Assembly: GCA_002189035.1 (NCBI GenBank)
Contig: CM007989.1
Span: forward strand, 7,688,001-7,752,000
Direction of reading: 5' to 3'
Source: Utricularia gibba
Taxonomy: Eukaryota > Plantae > Magnoliophyta
Length of the DNA: 64,000 nt
The notes under the pieces were generated by a model that saw only the letters and a program-made list of their open reading frames with translations, was not told the origin of the DNA and did not search any database. A program made the translations under genes and the position numbers. Below are positions 49,502-62,073 of the stretch, piece after piece. The first letter of the stretch is position 1, and the number at the start of each line of letters is the position of its first letter.

Positions 49502-50198
49502 ACCCATTCAACCGATTTGATTGTGTAACCCTGTTGAGACTGAGTGAAGCCCTTTTGCCAGTGCAATACATACACAGCAGCGAGCAGCCGTGAAGCAAGG
49601 TTTTGACGGGGAGTGGAAGACTGACTGTTTCTGATAGGGTTACAATAAGTTGTCTGATTAAAATAAATTTTAGATATAAATAAAGGAAGTTGCGCGTCTC
49701 TAACAGGAGAGAGAGAGGTTGCATCTTCCTCGAAGGTTTCTGGAACATGGAAGACTGTTCTGGTAGAGTTGACTTCAACGGTAATCGCCGCATATTGCTT
49801 TGCGTATCCGCGTCTCTCTTCGGCTTCATCGCTTTATTCAACCGGATTTGTTCTTCTTCTTCAAGGCAAGTAGGCGGTATACGTGTTGTTTTGGATTAAG
49901 TTCGATTGTTTCTCACATCAGAATAGTCTTCTTCACACCAGAGAAATCCCTGTTTAAACCCACAATATTACAATAAAAATCAAATTTTGTTTTCTGGGAT
50001 ACTCGATTCAGTGCATCCATCTCGGCTCAGTTCATTCTTTTTAGCTTTTGGCTGGGTTTTTTGTTTTTGAGTTTCCGTCTGTTTTTCGCGGTTTTTTTAC
50101 CCATTTCCGCTTCTGCTGTGGTAGAGGAATCATTCATCTCATTGTTCTCGCTTCTCTGACCATTTGATTTCAAGGATTGTATTGATTAAATTTGCTTG

Positions 50199-52657
50199 AT
50201 GGGAAACGAGCCTTCAAGCCCTGTTGACCAGGGAAGGCGTGAGGGATCCCCACCAAGGCGTTCTGGTTCTGCCCCCGGATGGCAGCATGATTATGCGCAA
50301 TCTTCATTTTCACAGTATGCCCGGCATTATCCAGTGCAGTATCCATATAATGTTGCACCCAACGACCCAACTCAATCTAGACCTCCCTCTGGATGGCAGC
50401 AACAGGCTTATGATCAATCTTCATATTCACAGCCTGCCCAAAATTATCCAGTGCAGAATCCTTACCCACCGGGATATCCATATCCACCGGATTACCCACA
50501 ATATCCTGCTCATGCTGCTGGGAAACCATCATCAGAATCGAAGATGTCTACTCCATATGATGCGCCACCCCCCAGAGTTCAGGCACCAAAGAAGAAAATT
50601 GAAAGGAGGTACTCAAGGATTGCAGACAACTACAGTTCATTAGAGGAGGTATGCGCATGGTTATAGACTGATGGGGATGGAGTAAAAGGAAAAATATTGT
50701 GCTGTGGTTTATAAGCAATGGTCCCTCTTGGGAAAATGATGGCTTTTACTGTGCTTGATGAGAGCTCTGTCATGCCAACGCACTATGTTGATTTGCAATA
50801 AATAAACTGAACTCTTAGTTGTTGTTCTTTGAGGTAGTTCTTCCTTTACAGAGGATTTGAAACAAAAGCTTTTTTCTATAGGTAACAGAAGCTCTTGCTC
50901 GTGCTGGCCTTGAGTCTTCCAACCTGATTATCGGGATTGATTTCACCAAGAGCAACGAATGGACAGGTTAGTTTTTAAGAATCCAGAGTCTGCTGCAGTG
51001 TGTATGATTGAAATGCTAATGCAGATTTTCTATCTTTAAGGCAAGCATTCAAATAATGGTCGAAGCTTGCATCATCTTGGGCCTGATCTCAACCCCTATG
51101 AGCAAGCAATAAGTATTATTGGGAAAACCATGGCTGCATTTGACGAGGACAACCTGATCCCATGCTTTGGATTTGGGGATGGTACATATTAAACCATTGA
51201 ACTTCTCCATTTCATTACATGCTATAAATTTCTGATCTTTTTCATACTGACCTCTGCAGCATCGACTCATGATCAGGATGTATTCAGCTTCTATCCTGAT
51301 ATGAGATTCTGTAATGGCTTTCAAGATGTTCTAATGCAGTATAGAAAACTTGTGCCAAATCTTAAACTGGCAGGTTGGTAGCCATTCTACATGCCTGTTG
51401 CTACTGGTTTTGAATTTGTAAGCTTGACTCCCTTTGCTGCAGGTCCAACTTCGTTTGCTCCCATAATCGAAATGGCCATGTCGGTTGTTCAGCAGAGTGG
51501 AGGCCAATACCATGTCCTATTGATCCTTGCAGATGGACAGGTATCTGGAATATGCTGCCATGCTCTCATATTCCTGTGAATACAAACGAGATCTGGAAAA
51601 GAAATACTCATTGCTTCCTCATTTTCGTTTCACCTCCACAGGTTACCAGAAGTGTTGACACAGAAAACGGTAGATTGAGTCCTCAGGAGCAGAAAACCGT
51701 TCAAGCAATTGTTGAAGCAAGGTAATGAATGATATTCAAGTGACATCTTTTCTCCTTGTGAGAAAATCAATGTTAATGTGCTTTGTTGTTTGCAGCAAGC
51801 TGCCGTTATCGATTGTTTTGGTTGGAGTCGGAGATGGGCCATGGGACACGATGAAGGAATTCGATGACAACATTCCTGCTAGAGAGTTTGACAATTTCCA
51901 GGTACGGTGCTGCTGCTGCTACCATCTTCTTCTCCAAGACAACCAACTGAACTCCTTGGGTTCCAGTTTGTGAACTTCACAGGAATCATGTACAAAAATG
52001 CGAGCCAAGTACGGAAAGAGACCGAGTTTGCTCTTGCTGCGTTGATGGAGATCCCATCTCAATACAAAGCCACGATAGAGCTTAATCTGCTGGGGTAAGC
52101 GAAAGTGAACTAGTTTTGCTCCCTGTCTACTTGATTGCATTGCTGTGCTGACGCCTTATCCTTCGTGATCCAGCCAACGGAATCATAAAGTACCCCAGAG
52201 AACTGCCCTTCCACCGCCACGACACGGCGGAGCATCGGCCGGCACGCCAGGCCACACAGCCCCTTTCGCTTCAGGCCTTTATTACGAGCACAAGTTACCC
52301 GCAGAGGCAGCAGCTCCTTCAGCACCTTCTGCACCAACTCCTGCTTACGAGCAACAGGTATGTAGACGATGCTTGTTTCAGTGGCTGTCGAAGTGTTGCA
52401 TTCTTACGCGAGGAACCATTAATTTCTTGCTTTCCCAGACATGCCCCATCTGCTTCGTTAATCCAAAGGACATGGCGTTTGGCTGCGGTCACCTGGTAAG
52501 GCTTTCTCCTTCTTCAACTGTCCGTCACTCCGGCGGGTAGAGGCGAACTTGTAACCGTTCCGTTGGGGTTTTTCAGGCATGCCGCGAATGTGGAGGAGGT
52601 CTTGAGCTATGCCCGATATGCCGGAGACGAATCGAGACCAGACTAAGGCTCTACTGA
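50199..52657 (+). CDS. RGLG: RGLG-type E3 ubiquitin ligase (copine/VWA + C-terminal RING); 11 exons
   Basis: MG myristoylation start and Pro/Gln/Tyr-rich N-terminus; YSRIADNYSSLEE|VTEALARAGLESSNLIIGIDFTKSNEWTG; GPTSFAP; VGDGPWD.MKEFDDNIPAREFDNFQ; RING CPICFVNPKDMAFGCGHL|ACRECGGGLELCPICRRRIETRLRLY*. Confidence 0.96.
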
Positions 52658-53553
52658 TGATCTCTTCCATGGCAGCAACCTTGTGATTTGCTTGCTGGTC
52701 TCTGTACAGCAGTTGTCTCTCTCGTCTTATTGGTGTAAGTAACGTACGGATACGTCTCTGTTCTGTAATATACATTTTTTTAATATGTTCGATTAAAAAT
52801 TATTTAAATAGTATGAAATTTGATTATTTTATTATAAATGTGAAAAAAATATTATTTAGGATTTCTAAATTTTATATTTATGATAATTCAAATTGCTAAT
52901 AAAAAAAAATGACCTCAATCCCACTATTGCAACATAGGCAAAATCGTCCATAAGATTATTGCATGAAGGTTGAAAAAGAAAGCTAAACTTCAATGAGAAT
53001 AAATAGAAGTTTTTTAAAAAAATAAAACAAAAAGATTGTTTTGAACATGATAATTTTTGTTGTTTATTAAAAAATGTTTAAATATTTTTTTAATTTTAAA
53101 ATGACTAAAATAGTATTTTAAATATAAATATTTAAATAAGAACAATACTTTATAGTTTTTAATTATAGGAGTAAATAAATCTATTTAATAGATAACTTTT
53201 TGTTTCATTGTATATTAAAAACTAATTAATTAATTAATTATCTTCAAAAGTAATAATCCATAACATTAAACATGTGTTAACCCATGGCGGTCCGGTGCGA
53301 GTTCAAGTATGTGCATTGATTTGAACATGCGGTTCTGTCAACACTTCTGCTTTGCAAAGCGCATCCCTTTTGAGTGCGAGGACTGGACTGGAGTGGAGTG
53401 AAGGATCTTGGATGGACCTTATTTTACACACTCTAAGATACATCACACCAACCCAAACTCCATTGCAATTAAGTCAAAACATGCGGAGGAGCACCTGCCG
53501 GCTCCTTCAACCTCTCCTAACAACACTTTTTTTTTCTCGAACCTCCCTGTGGG

Positions 53554-55764
53554 TTAGTAGCACTGGTTAAAGCAGGAAAAGAATCCATGGGACTTACCTT
53601 CCACCGGCGTTTTCGGCGTGTCCCCATTATCGTTGTCGCCCCTGGTTGCCATCAGGGAGCTGGTGCCTGGGGATTCCGGTGGGAACATGGTGTTCTCGGA
53701 GGTGAAAATCCTGGGAGGGATGGCGGCGTGCTGAGGGGGCGAGACTGTGGAAAGGTATTGCAGGAGCATGTGGATGATCTGTGTGAAGTTGGGGCGAGCT
53801 TGGGGGTCCTCCTTCCAACAGGAGGTCACGATTAGAGCCAAATCTGCTGGAAGATCGTCTGCGTTGGGCCTTACGTTCTGCGCAAAGCTCTTGATTTAGG
53901 TGGTTGGAAGTAAGTTATCTGAAAAAGGGGCGAAGAGAAAGGATGCTTACTTTGAAAGCTGCGGCGTAGGCTGCCTGCAGGTTCGACATCCCCTCGAAGG
54001 GCAGCTTGTTGTGTATGAGTTCCCACAGCACGATGGCGAAGCTGTAGGCGTCGACCTTGTGATTGTAGTGCTTCTTTTCTCCTTGTCTTAGAGTTACTGT
54101 GCTGTAGAGCTGGGAATCAGTGAGCACCAGAAAACAGAGTCTTCAATCCGACGGAGGAGAACAGATCGTGCTGATCAGTGAAATGAAAGCACAGATAAGA
54201 TGAACAACCTCGGGCGCCATCCAGCGATATGTTCCGGTTTCAGCGGTCATCATCTCTGTCAACGACTCCTCTCTTGCTAAACCAAAATCTGCTAGCTTCA
54301 CGGTTCTATGGTCTTCTGTCAAGAGCAAGTTCTCTGTTGGAAGAAAACATTGTATCATTATAAATTGTTCTGCATATACACGCAAATATTGTAATTGCCT
54401 TTGAATGATCAAAGGAAGTTAGCATGCTATTCAAACTGTCCCCAAAGAGGCATTATGTAGTTAACTTGCAGAATATCTCAAGAAGCAATCACCGAAAACA
54501 GACATTACATGCACATTCACTTGGATTATAACACATGCTTCAATAAAGGAATCTTCTAACAAACAAAAGATGATGGAGTGATCAGTACCAGGTTTTAGGT
54601 CCCGGTGTATTATTCCATGTGAATGCAAACACTCCATAGCACGAGCAATGTCAAGAGCGAATCCGATGGCAACATGCATCTCCAGGCATCTTGGGCGAAG
54701 ATTCAGCAAGTACTTCCGCAATGTCCCTCCTAGTAGAAGCTCCGTCACTATGACCATGACAGGCTCTTTGCAAGCTCCAATAAACTGTTGCAGAAATCAA
54801 ATCTCAAAATAAATAGAGACCTTTACATCAGGAAATGAAAAATGAGAGCACTTTCACTTGCTGCTAAACCAAGACAACACCCACAAAACCAAGAGGAGCC
54901 ACGGGAAGACGGAAAACAGATTAAGTGGTGCAACATGATCATGCTTTATATGACTGCAAGAATTTCTCAAATACGACAGGGAATCACTAAAAGTTAAGGA
55001 GAACTCCTAAAAAGAAGGATCATCACCAGAACTCGGGTTCAATATGATCAAAGAAACCTGATGATTCAACATGATCAAGAAAGCGCACACAGTTGGTATT
55101 CACACATTTAACGTAACCTACGGCCGTAATCTCATCAGAAACAAACATAACACGTGACCAGGCTTGCAGTTACACACTGTTGAATAACAAATGGAAAACC
55201 TTGACTAGATTTTTGTGTTGGACCCGGGAAAGCATCGCAACTTCTCTTCCAAATCTAGCCTCCCTCTTGGCTATATCTTCAGGTGCCTCGCCTCTTTGAA
55301 TAATTTTTACTGCCACATTCTGGTTTTTGTATCTACAAGATGTTCAGTAGAGAACAATTGAATGGCGACATCAACGAAATATATGGACAGCAACTGTACT
55401 GTTCAAATGAAATATTTATGAAACCTAGCAACATCTAGTCTATTAGGTAACCAAGCATGAAAATTGAGGACAATCAAGACGAAAGTACTAAAGAAATAAG
55501 GAAGCTTCTCTGATGGATCCCATAAAGGCAAAAACTTGGATCAAAGCTTTTTGAAGTTAGGGTCTCAGACAACAATCATTTCAGTTAGAGAAATCAGGAC
55601 GGGATAGAAGAGCAAAAAGGGCCAACTTACTTTCCCTCATACACTTTAGCATGGGCTCCTTCTCCAATCTTTGGCCCTACAAAAAGAAGCTTTGGATCTA
55701 CTAACCATTTGGGATCTAAACTGAACTCTGCTTCTTCTTCAAAAAACCCATTCCTAGATCCCAT
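53554..55764 (-). CDS. ATN1-like Raf-type (group C) Ser/Thr/Tyr protein kinase; 6 exons
   Basis: LDPKWLVDPKLLFVGPKIGEGAHAKVYEGK|YKNQNVAVKI; REVAMLSRVQHKNLVK|FIGACKEPVMVIVTELL; HRDLKP|ENLLL; DFGLAREESLTEMMTAETGTYRWMAPE|LYSTVTLRQGEKKHYNHKVD; ends FFSCFNQCY*. Confidence 0.95.
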
Positions 55765-56901
55765 ATCTCTATTTCCCTCTCTCACGCTCTCCCTTTCCAG
55801 GCAAAAGTCTCTCTCTATAAAGATACTGACATCTATTTAGGCAGCACAAGAATCATCTCAACACGGGCTTACCACGCATTTCAAGCATATACCCACAACT
55901 CAAAACGAAGTCCACGTACCCCCCTGTGCTACTCACAGAACTCAAATCCTAACTCCCCAACACAAAACCCAGAAATCAAAAGTTCTCAAAAGCCATCTTT
56001 CTGCCGACAAGCAAAAGGAAAGTTGCCCATACGCTAGGAATCAGCAAATGCAGCTTCTGAAGAAGAAAAACCAGAGGCGTTTGTTGACGACCAACTACGG
56101 AAGAAAAAAATTGAAAATCTTCTACCCACCGCCTACTTCTCTGATCCTTTCCCTCCCCATTTCCCGGTCACAAGCAGTTGGGTCTTCTTAATCTCACTTG
56201 TCTTAAAAAGTAATTGAAAATTATTACTATGAACAGCAACGTCGCGTCAAGCAGACAGCGGGGGTGAAACGGGAATTCCACACAGAGCTGCCCTGGATCT
56301 CTGCAAATATTTTATCCGTTTCGTGTGTTATGTCATGGTATCATAATCATGGTATTAATAATTCAATCCACTACCCCCACCCCCCCTACGCTACTGTCCA
56401 AGTACACCCACATCAATCAATTAACTCTGTTATACAGCTCCGGGTGAGCTGACTACCCTTCCTATGTCGCTAGTCAAATATACACGAGATCGCGTAAAGG
56501 CAACCTACGAGGATCGATCAGGGACCCAACAGGCCCGATGGGCTTTTCATGTTACACGGAAACTAGAAAAGCAGAACATAAAAAAACATGGAGCAAACGT
56601 AATGGGGAGGCATGAGGGTTTCAAATTCAATGCGGAAGATATAAGATTTCAGAGATGGAAAAGTGTTGGTTTACAGTACCTCACATGAATCATTTATTAA
56701 AGTAGTTCTGAGGGTGGCTTCCACACTCCTCATTTCAAGAATCTCTTCTAGCAAAAATAACGCAATGGTTTCAAGTTAAATAAAATGGAGCAGCTAATGA
56801 GCTTATAGGGCTAAAAAAGTGGCTACGTTGCGAACCAGATGGCGACTATTCCGAATCTTTATTGCCCCATCGGGTGGGTAGAGCGTCAAAGAATTGGACC
56901 A

Positions 56902-58903
56902 TTACGCTTTGGCAAGCTCGGTGCCTGCTGCAGCGGAAGCAGGAGCGGGGGCAACACCACCTGTTGTGGGTCTGGAAACATGGATAGATTGAGGAAAAAT
57001 GGGCAGTCAGTACTGAAAGAAGGTAATGCTGAAAACGACGCAAGAACAATGGAGATATGGAAGAGGGATGGTAACTTACAGCCCAACAAAAACTTTGAAT
57101 GCATCATAGATACCCCACTGAGCACCAGTGAGGGTTCCAATCATGACGATGCGAAGAGGAAGCCCGCGAGTGAATAAACCCCACAAGCCGAGTTTCTTGA
57201 CAGCCTGATTGAGGGAAAAAGCAAAAGAAAAGCTTATAGGAATTAAGATCCAAAGGCATTGGTAAATCATGACGGCAAACCGGATGAACATAATAACACT
57301 TACATCACCAACAGAAGCATCCTTGGCATTGTTGAGGAAAGACACAAGGTTGTCAGCTGGGTGTGATACGATGGCACAGAAAACACCAGCTACATAGCCA
57401 CCAGCAAAACTGATACCAAGCTGCAGAGGCTTGCTGCATTCGTTTTTAGGTTTGGGAACGGCGTGCTTATAAATGAGCTCCACAATAGTCTCAAACGAGG
57501 CAAATTTCATCATCGTATCTAAGACAAGAATATCAGGATATATAATCTAATGATGAAACACAGCCACACAAAAACATATGGCACCGTTTCAACATGAAAG
57601 CAATACAAAATTTGTGCTACGGTGCATATATATACTAGTACGACCATCACACTAGCGACACAACATAAATGATCAACTTACATGGAATTTGACGCCCCCA
57701 CAAAGGAACCAAACCCTTGTACAGCCTGCACCCACCATGAAATATAAGCCCAACACACCATCCAATGGACAGCATAAGCTGAAAGAGACAAAGAAAACAT
57801 ACCCTAGAGCACCTTCAGACTTCACGAACTTAGGGAATCCATCGGATAGCCCTCTGGCAAAACCAGGTTGGGTCTGAACACGGACCTTAACTGCCTCAAA
57901 GGGGCAAAGAGCAACATCTGCAATCACCTCAGCAGATGCGGAACCAGCAAGATAGATGAGGGTCTTGTATTTTGAAAAATTTTCTGGCCCAGCAAGGTCT
58001 CCGTAGTATTTCTTAAAAAATTCATAGAATCCAAACTTGCAGGCACCCTGAGCGCTGTATCCAAGCAGGGTTGGAACCCATCCCCTGAAGAAACCTTTGA
58101 ATCCCTGCTCTTTCAGTAGCACGCCAAACCCTGAAGATATGCTCTTGTACTTTGCAGGATCAATCTGATTAGTCAGAAAAAATACTGATTTTCAGTATAG
58201 TGATAAACAGCACCTTAAACCCCAAACAAAGCATCCACATTCATGTACTTGACCCTCCTTAAAACGTATATATGCGAACGTATTTCATTCAAGGAAAAGG
58301 TATATGAATAAACCATATACATACATACAAGAAAATCAGCATGATTGACAGGTTGCAGAAATCTTTGGAAATAAAGATTGATATGGAGTAGTAAGATAAC
58401 AATATACAAAGCCACCAAAGGTCCACAAAAGAAATCACAAATCTAAACAGGAACGAAATTAACCAAACCGACACTAAGCCTTCACACGATCACAAAATAA
58501 AAATCAGGGATACGAAAATCAATGGGGAGATCAATGACCACAACAAACGAACAAACGATATTACCGTAAAAACTCATTATAAGAGTAAAAACTCGTAGAT
58601 CTGGACCTGCATGTTACACTTGACGAGATCCAGAGGAGTAACCGCCATATGAGTCAGGCCACAACTCAGGATTCCACCAGCAGTACACGCCGCGTAGAAC
58701 TGGGGAGAATACATTTCAATCTTCTTATGCTCTGCGGGAGCTGGAATCATGAATTTCTGTCCGATTTCACAAACCGATGATGGCTCCGCGAAGCTCGGAT
58801 TGGAATTGCTGGTCGTTTGATCCAGAATCCGACTCCTGGAAACGAATGAAGTGGAGTACAGGAAACTAGGAATGAGAGATTGACGATCGGACGGGTAAGC
58901 CAT
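56902..58903 (-). CDS. MPT3: Mitochondrial phosphate carrier (MPT3/PHT3;1-like); 6 exons
   Basis: [39 protein letters not shown]|IDPAKYKSI; [25 protein letters not shown]; [18 protein letters not shown]; RQIP|[10 protein letters not shown]; [29 protein letters not shown]|PTTGG. Confidence 0.97.
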
Positions 58904-59659
58904 GCCCGGAGATTTTGGAATCGTTGAACACGTTAATATCCGAAGCTCCGCGTATCTTATGAAGCAGACTGCGGCGCCGGCGAGAGGCGGCCACAGGAGG
59001 TCAGAATCTACTCCTCAAAGACCAATTGAATGGAATGAGCGTGAAAAGGGCAACCCGAGCCCTTTATACCTGGGCTAACCGAGGAAGACTCACTCCCGAG
59101 TCCCGATGAACGCACGAAGGTCGATTTACATAAACACCCCTAGAACCTATTCTATTTGCCTATTCCCGCATGACAAATCTTGCACACAATGATGAAGGCG
59201 AAGATATTTGATAATTCAAAGGGAAAATAGAATTATATTATAAAGTAATTAATATAATAAAAATAAAAAAAATACTTTGACTTGGAAAATTTTAAATTTA
59301 AATTATATAATTTAAAATAAAACGAAGTTTTTGAATTTTAAAAAACATTTTTATTTCTAAAAAAATAAAAATGCGACGGTTGGTCAGCTAGTGGCAAAAG
59401 AGTAAATAACACATGAAAGATTCGAAAGTGCAGACATGGAATATTCCGTCCACCGGAAAAGGTGTCAATGTTGATGCCGTGCAGAGAAGTGTCCGCAGAG
59501 CGGTGTTCAAAAATAGCTTAGGATTTCGTTTAGGAAGAGAAAGGTTTCCCGTCCGCACAATTCCTCCGGTTTTCCCTCCGAAAAAGTTTCCTCCAACGAC
59601 CGTTTCGATGCCGTTTCTTTGAATGGGGCTTGGAACAATTTCCCTCATTCCACAACTCC

Positions 59660-61674
59660 ATGAATTCCGATAGGGACGACGGCAGACCCACCGAGGACGC
59701 TCCTGTTTCCCTCGATGCCGCCAACGCCGAGGGCGTTAACGCTCCGTCGGAGCAGCTGCAGCAGCACGACGACGCCAGGGAACCGGAGGAAAAGGAGGAA
59801 GAGATCAAGGAGGAAGGGGCGGAACAGGCTGTGGGAGGAGAGGCGCCGCCGCCACCGCGGCTTGATCTCGAGAAAATCTCTCAAGAGTTCGATGGATACA
59901 TCGCGGCCTTGGCGAATTTGAAGAGCGACGCCGAAACGGGGCCGCCGGATGTGCCTATTGCCGTGGAGCAATACGCGGTTCTGATTGAAGCCAAGATTGG
60001 AGAGTGTGAATCCGGCCGGAATCATGCCCCATGGATCAGTCTCACAGCGGACGATGCCTCGTCGTTTATTCAGGCGATCACGCGGTTTTCTTCGCTGGAA
60101 AATCTGCTGTCGAATTTCTCCTCCGAGTTCAAATTCGCTTACACTTTGAACCGAACCGGAGCAGTTATCGAACGCGTCATGTCGTATATGGAGGAGGAGT
60201 TCAGAACTCTCTGCGAAGATTTCAGGATCCATGATTCAGATTCCGGCAACGAAATCAAATTGAAGCAGCAGTCGCCTGAATCCGAGGAAAACGCGCCGCC
60301 GGAAGAACCGGAAGCGTCGGGGAAGAGGTGAACGCCTTTCCGGGATACTCCGACGAGATCTTATCGGAACTTGTTCGGTTATCGACGGCGATGATGACTG
60401 CAGGGTACGAAACAGAGTGCACTCAGGCGTACTTCATCGCGCGAAGAAATGCATTAGAAGAGAGCATGAAGAAGATTGGATTCGAGAAGTGCAGCATTGA
60501 TGAAGTGCAGAAAATGCAGTGGGATTCTCTGGAGAGGGAGATCGTCACCTGGATCAGAACTTTCAAAGTATTCGCTGAAGTGCATTTTCCAATGGAGAAG
60601 AAGCTCGCCGTACACGTGTTCTCCGGCCATCCATCTACGGCGGAGAGCCTGTTTCACTCTTTATCCAGCGGCATTATGATTCAGCTGCTTAATTTTTCCG
60701 AAGCCGTAGCAATGACGAAGCGGGCGGCGGAGAAGCTGTTCAAGTTTCTCGACATCTACGAAGCACTGCGAGACGTTCTTCCGACGACGGAGAGTTTATT
60801 CCCAGAAGAATGGAGAAACGAGGTTAAAACAGAGGCTTCCATAATCAAAACCCGCCTCGGGGAAGCCATGATTCTCATCTTCCTCGAGCTTGAGAGCTCA
60901 ATCAAGGCTGATTCCGGGAAAACTCCAGTCCCAGGCGGCGCAATCCACCCCTTAACACGCTACACAATGAACTACCTGAAATACACCTGCGAGTACAGGG
61001 CAACTCTGGACCTAGTCTTCAAGGAGCACCAGAAAATCGAAATGTCTGAAACAGGATCCAGGTCCGAAGAGAATTCGTCTCACCAGAGCCCATTCCACGA
61101 CCAGATGGTGAACGCCATGGATCTGCTAGACGCCAATCTGGAAGCAAAATCGAAGCTTTACAAAGACCCATCACTGAGCTCCATCTTCATGATGAACAAC
61201 GGGCGCTACATTCTACAGAAGGCTAGAGGGTCAAGCGAAATCAGCAGCCTGATGGGCGATTCATGGATAAGGAAAAGATCATCGGACCTGAGACAATACC
61301 ACAAAGGGTACCAGAGAGAAACATGGGGGAAATTGCTGAACTGCTTGAATCCAGAGGGGCTTACCTCTCACGGGAAAGTGGTGAAGCCAGTGCTCAAGGA
61401 GAGGTTCAAGAGCTTCAACACAATGTTCGACGAGATACACATGGCGCAGAGCAGTTGGGTTGTGAGCGACGAACAGCTTCAATCGGAGCTGAGGGTTTCG
61501 ATTTCGAATATGGTGATTCCGGCGTACAGGTCGTTCCTGGGAAGGTACAGTCAGACCTTTACGCCGGGGAGGCAGACCGAGAAGTACGTGAAGTTTCAGC
61601 CGGAGGATATAGAGACGTGCATCGACGAGCTCTTCGACGGCAGCGCGGCGGCCCAGGGAAAGAAGAAACCGTGA
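59660..61674 (+). CDS. EXO70C: Exocyst subunit EXO70 (EXO70C clade), intronless, split by a 1-nt frame break at 60319-60322
   Basis: 5' ORF (A..R...V...VMSYMEEEFR) and 3' ORF (FPGYSDEI..L..L...M..AGYETEC.QAY..ARRN; AMTKRAAEKLFKFLDIYE; KTPVPGGAIHPLTRYTMNYLKY; IFMMNNGRYILQK; KERFKSFN.MFDEIH..QSSWVVSDEQLQSELR; GRQTEKYVKFQPEDIE..IDELF) join into one Exo70. The exact start ATG is uncertain. Confidence 0.92.
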
Positions 61675-62073
61675 ATCCAAAACAAGGCTAGAAAGGAGTA
61701 CGTAGGCTCGCTTCGCTTCTCTTTTATTTTTTTTTCCATTTTTTTGTTTATTGGACTATTTGTTTTTATTAAATATTTAGGTTCCTATATTTCTTTTTTT
61801 ATATGAGGTCAACTCCAATCGAAATCATAATAATAATAATAAATAAATAAATAGAAAAATAATGGAATTTGTAATCGGATTTTTTGTTTATTAAGATGAC
61901 TGCCCGCTTTTCTGTCGGAATTATGAAAAGAACCCCTGGAGACTTCGTATTTGCATTTGCGCCCCCGGGAAAGAGACGACTACTCTGGTGGCATCCTTCC
62001 GTATACGGAGATTCCATTACCTAACGAAATCTCTTCCCAGAGTTGCGTCATCGCGTCTTCTTCGTCGGGCTCG

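Noticed and set aside
60319-60331. Programmed ribosomal frameshift or translational coupling (overlapping GTGA) in EXO70C
   Set aside because: No X XXY YYZ slippery heptamer plus pseudoknot, and the same one-G defect recurs in three unrelated genes, which favours a sequencing artefact.
59645-61691. Long antisense or alternate-frame ORFs over EXO70C (195, 142, 133 aa), and similar ones over PSST, PATROL1-like and ABHD17
   Set aside because: Expected shadows of GC-rich codon-biased coding sequence, with no independent domain content.
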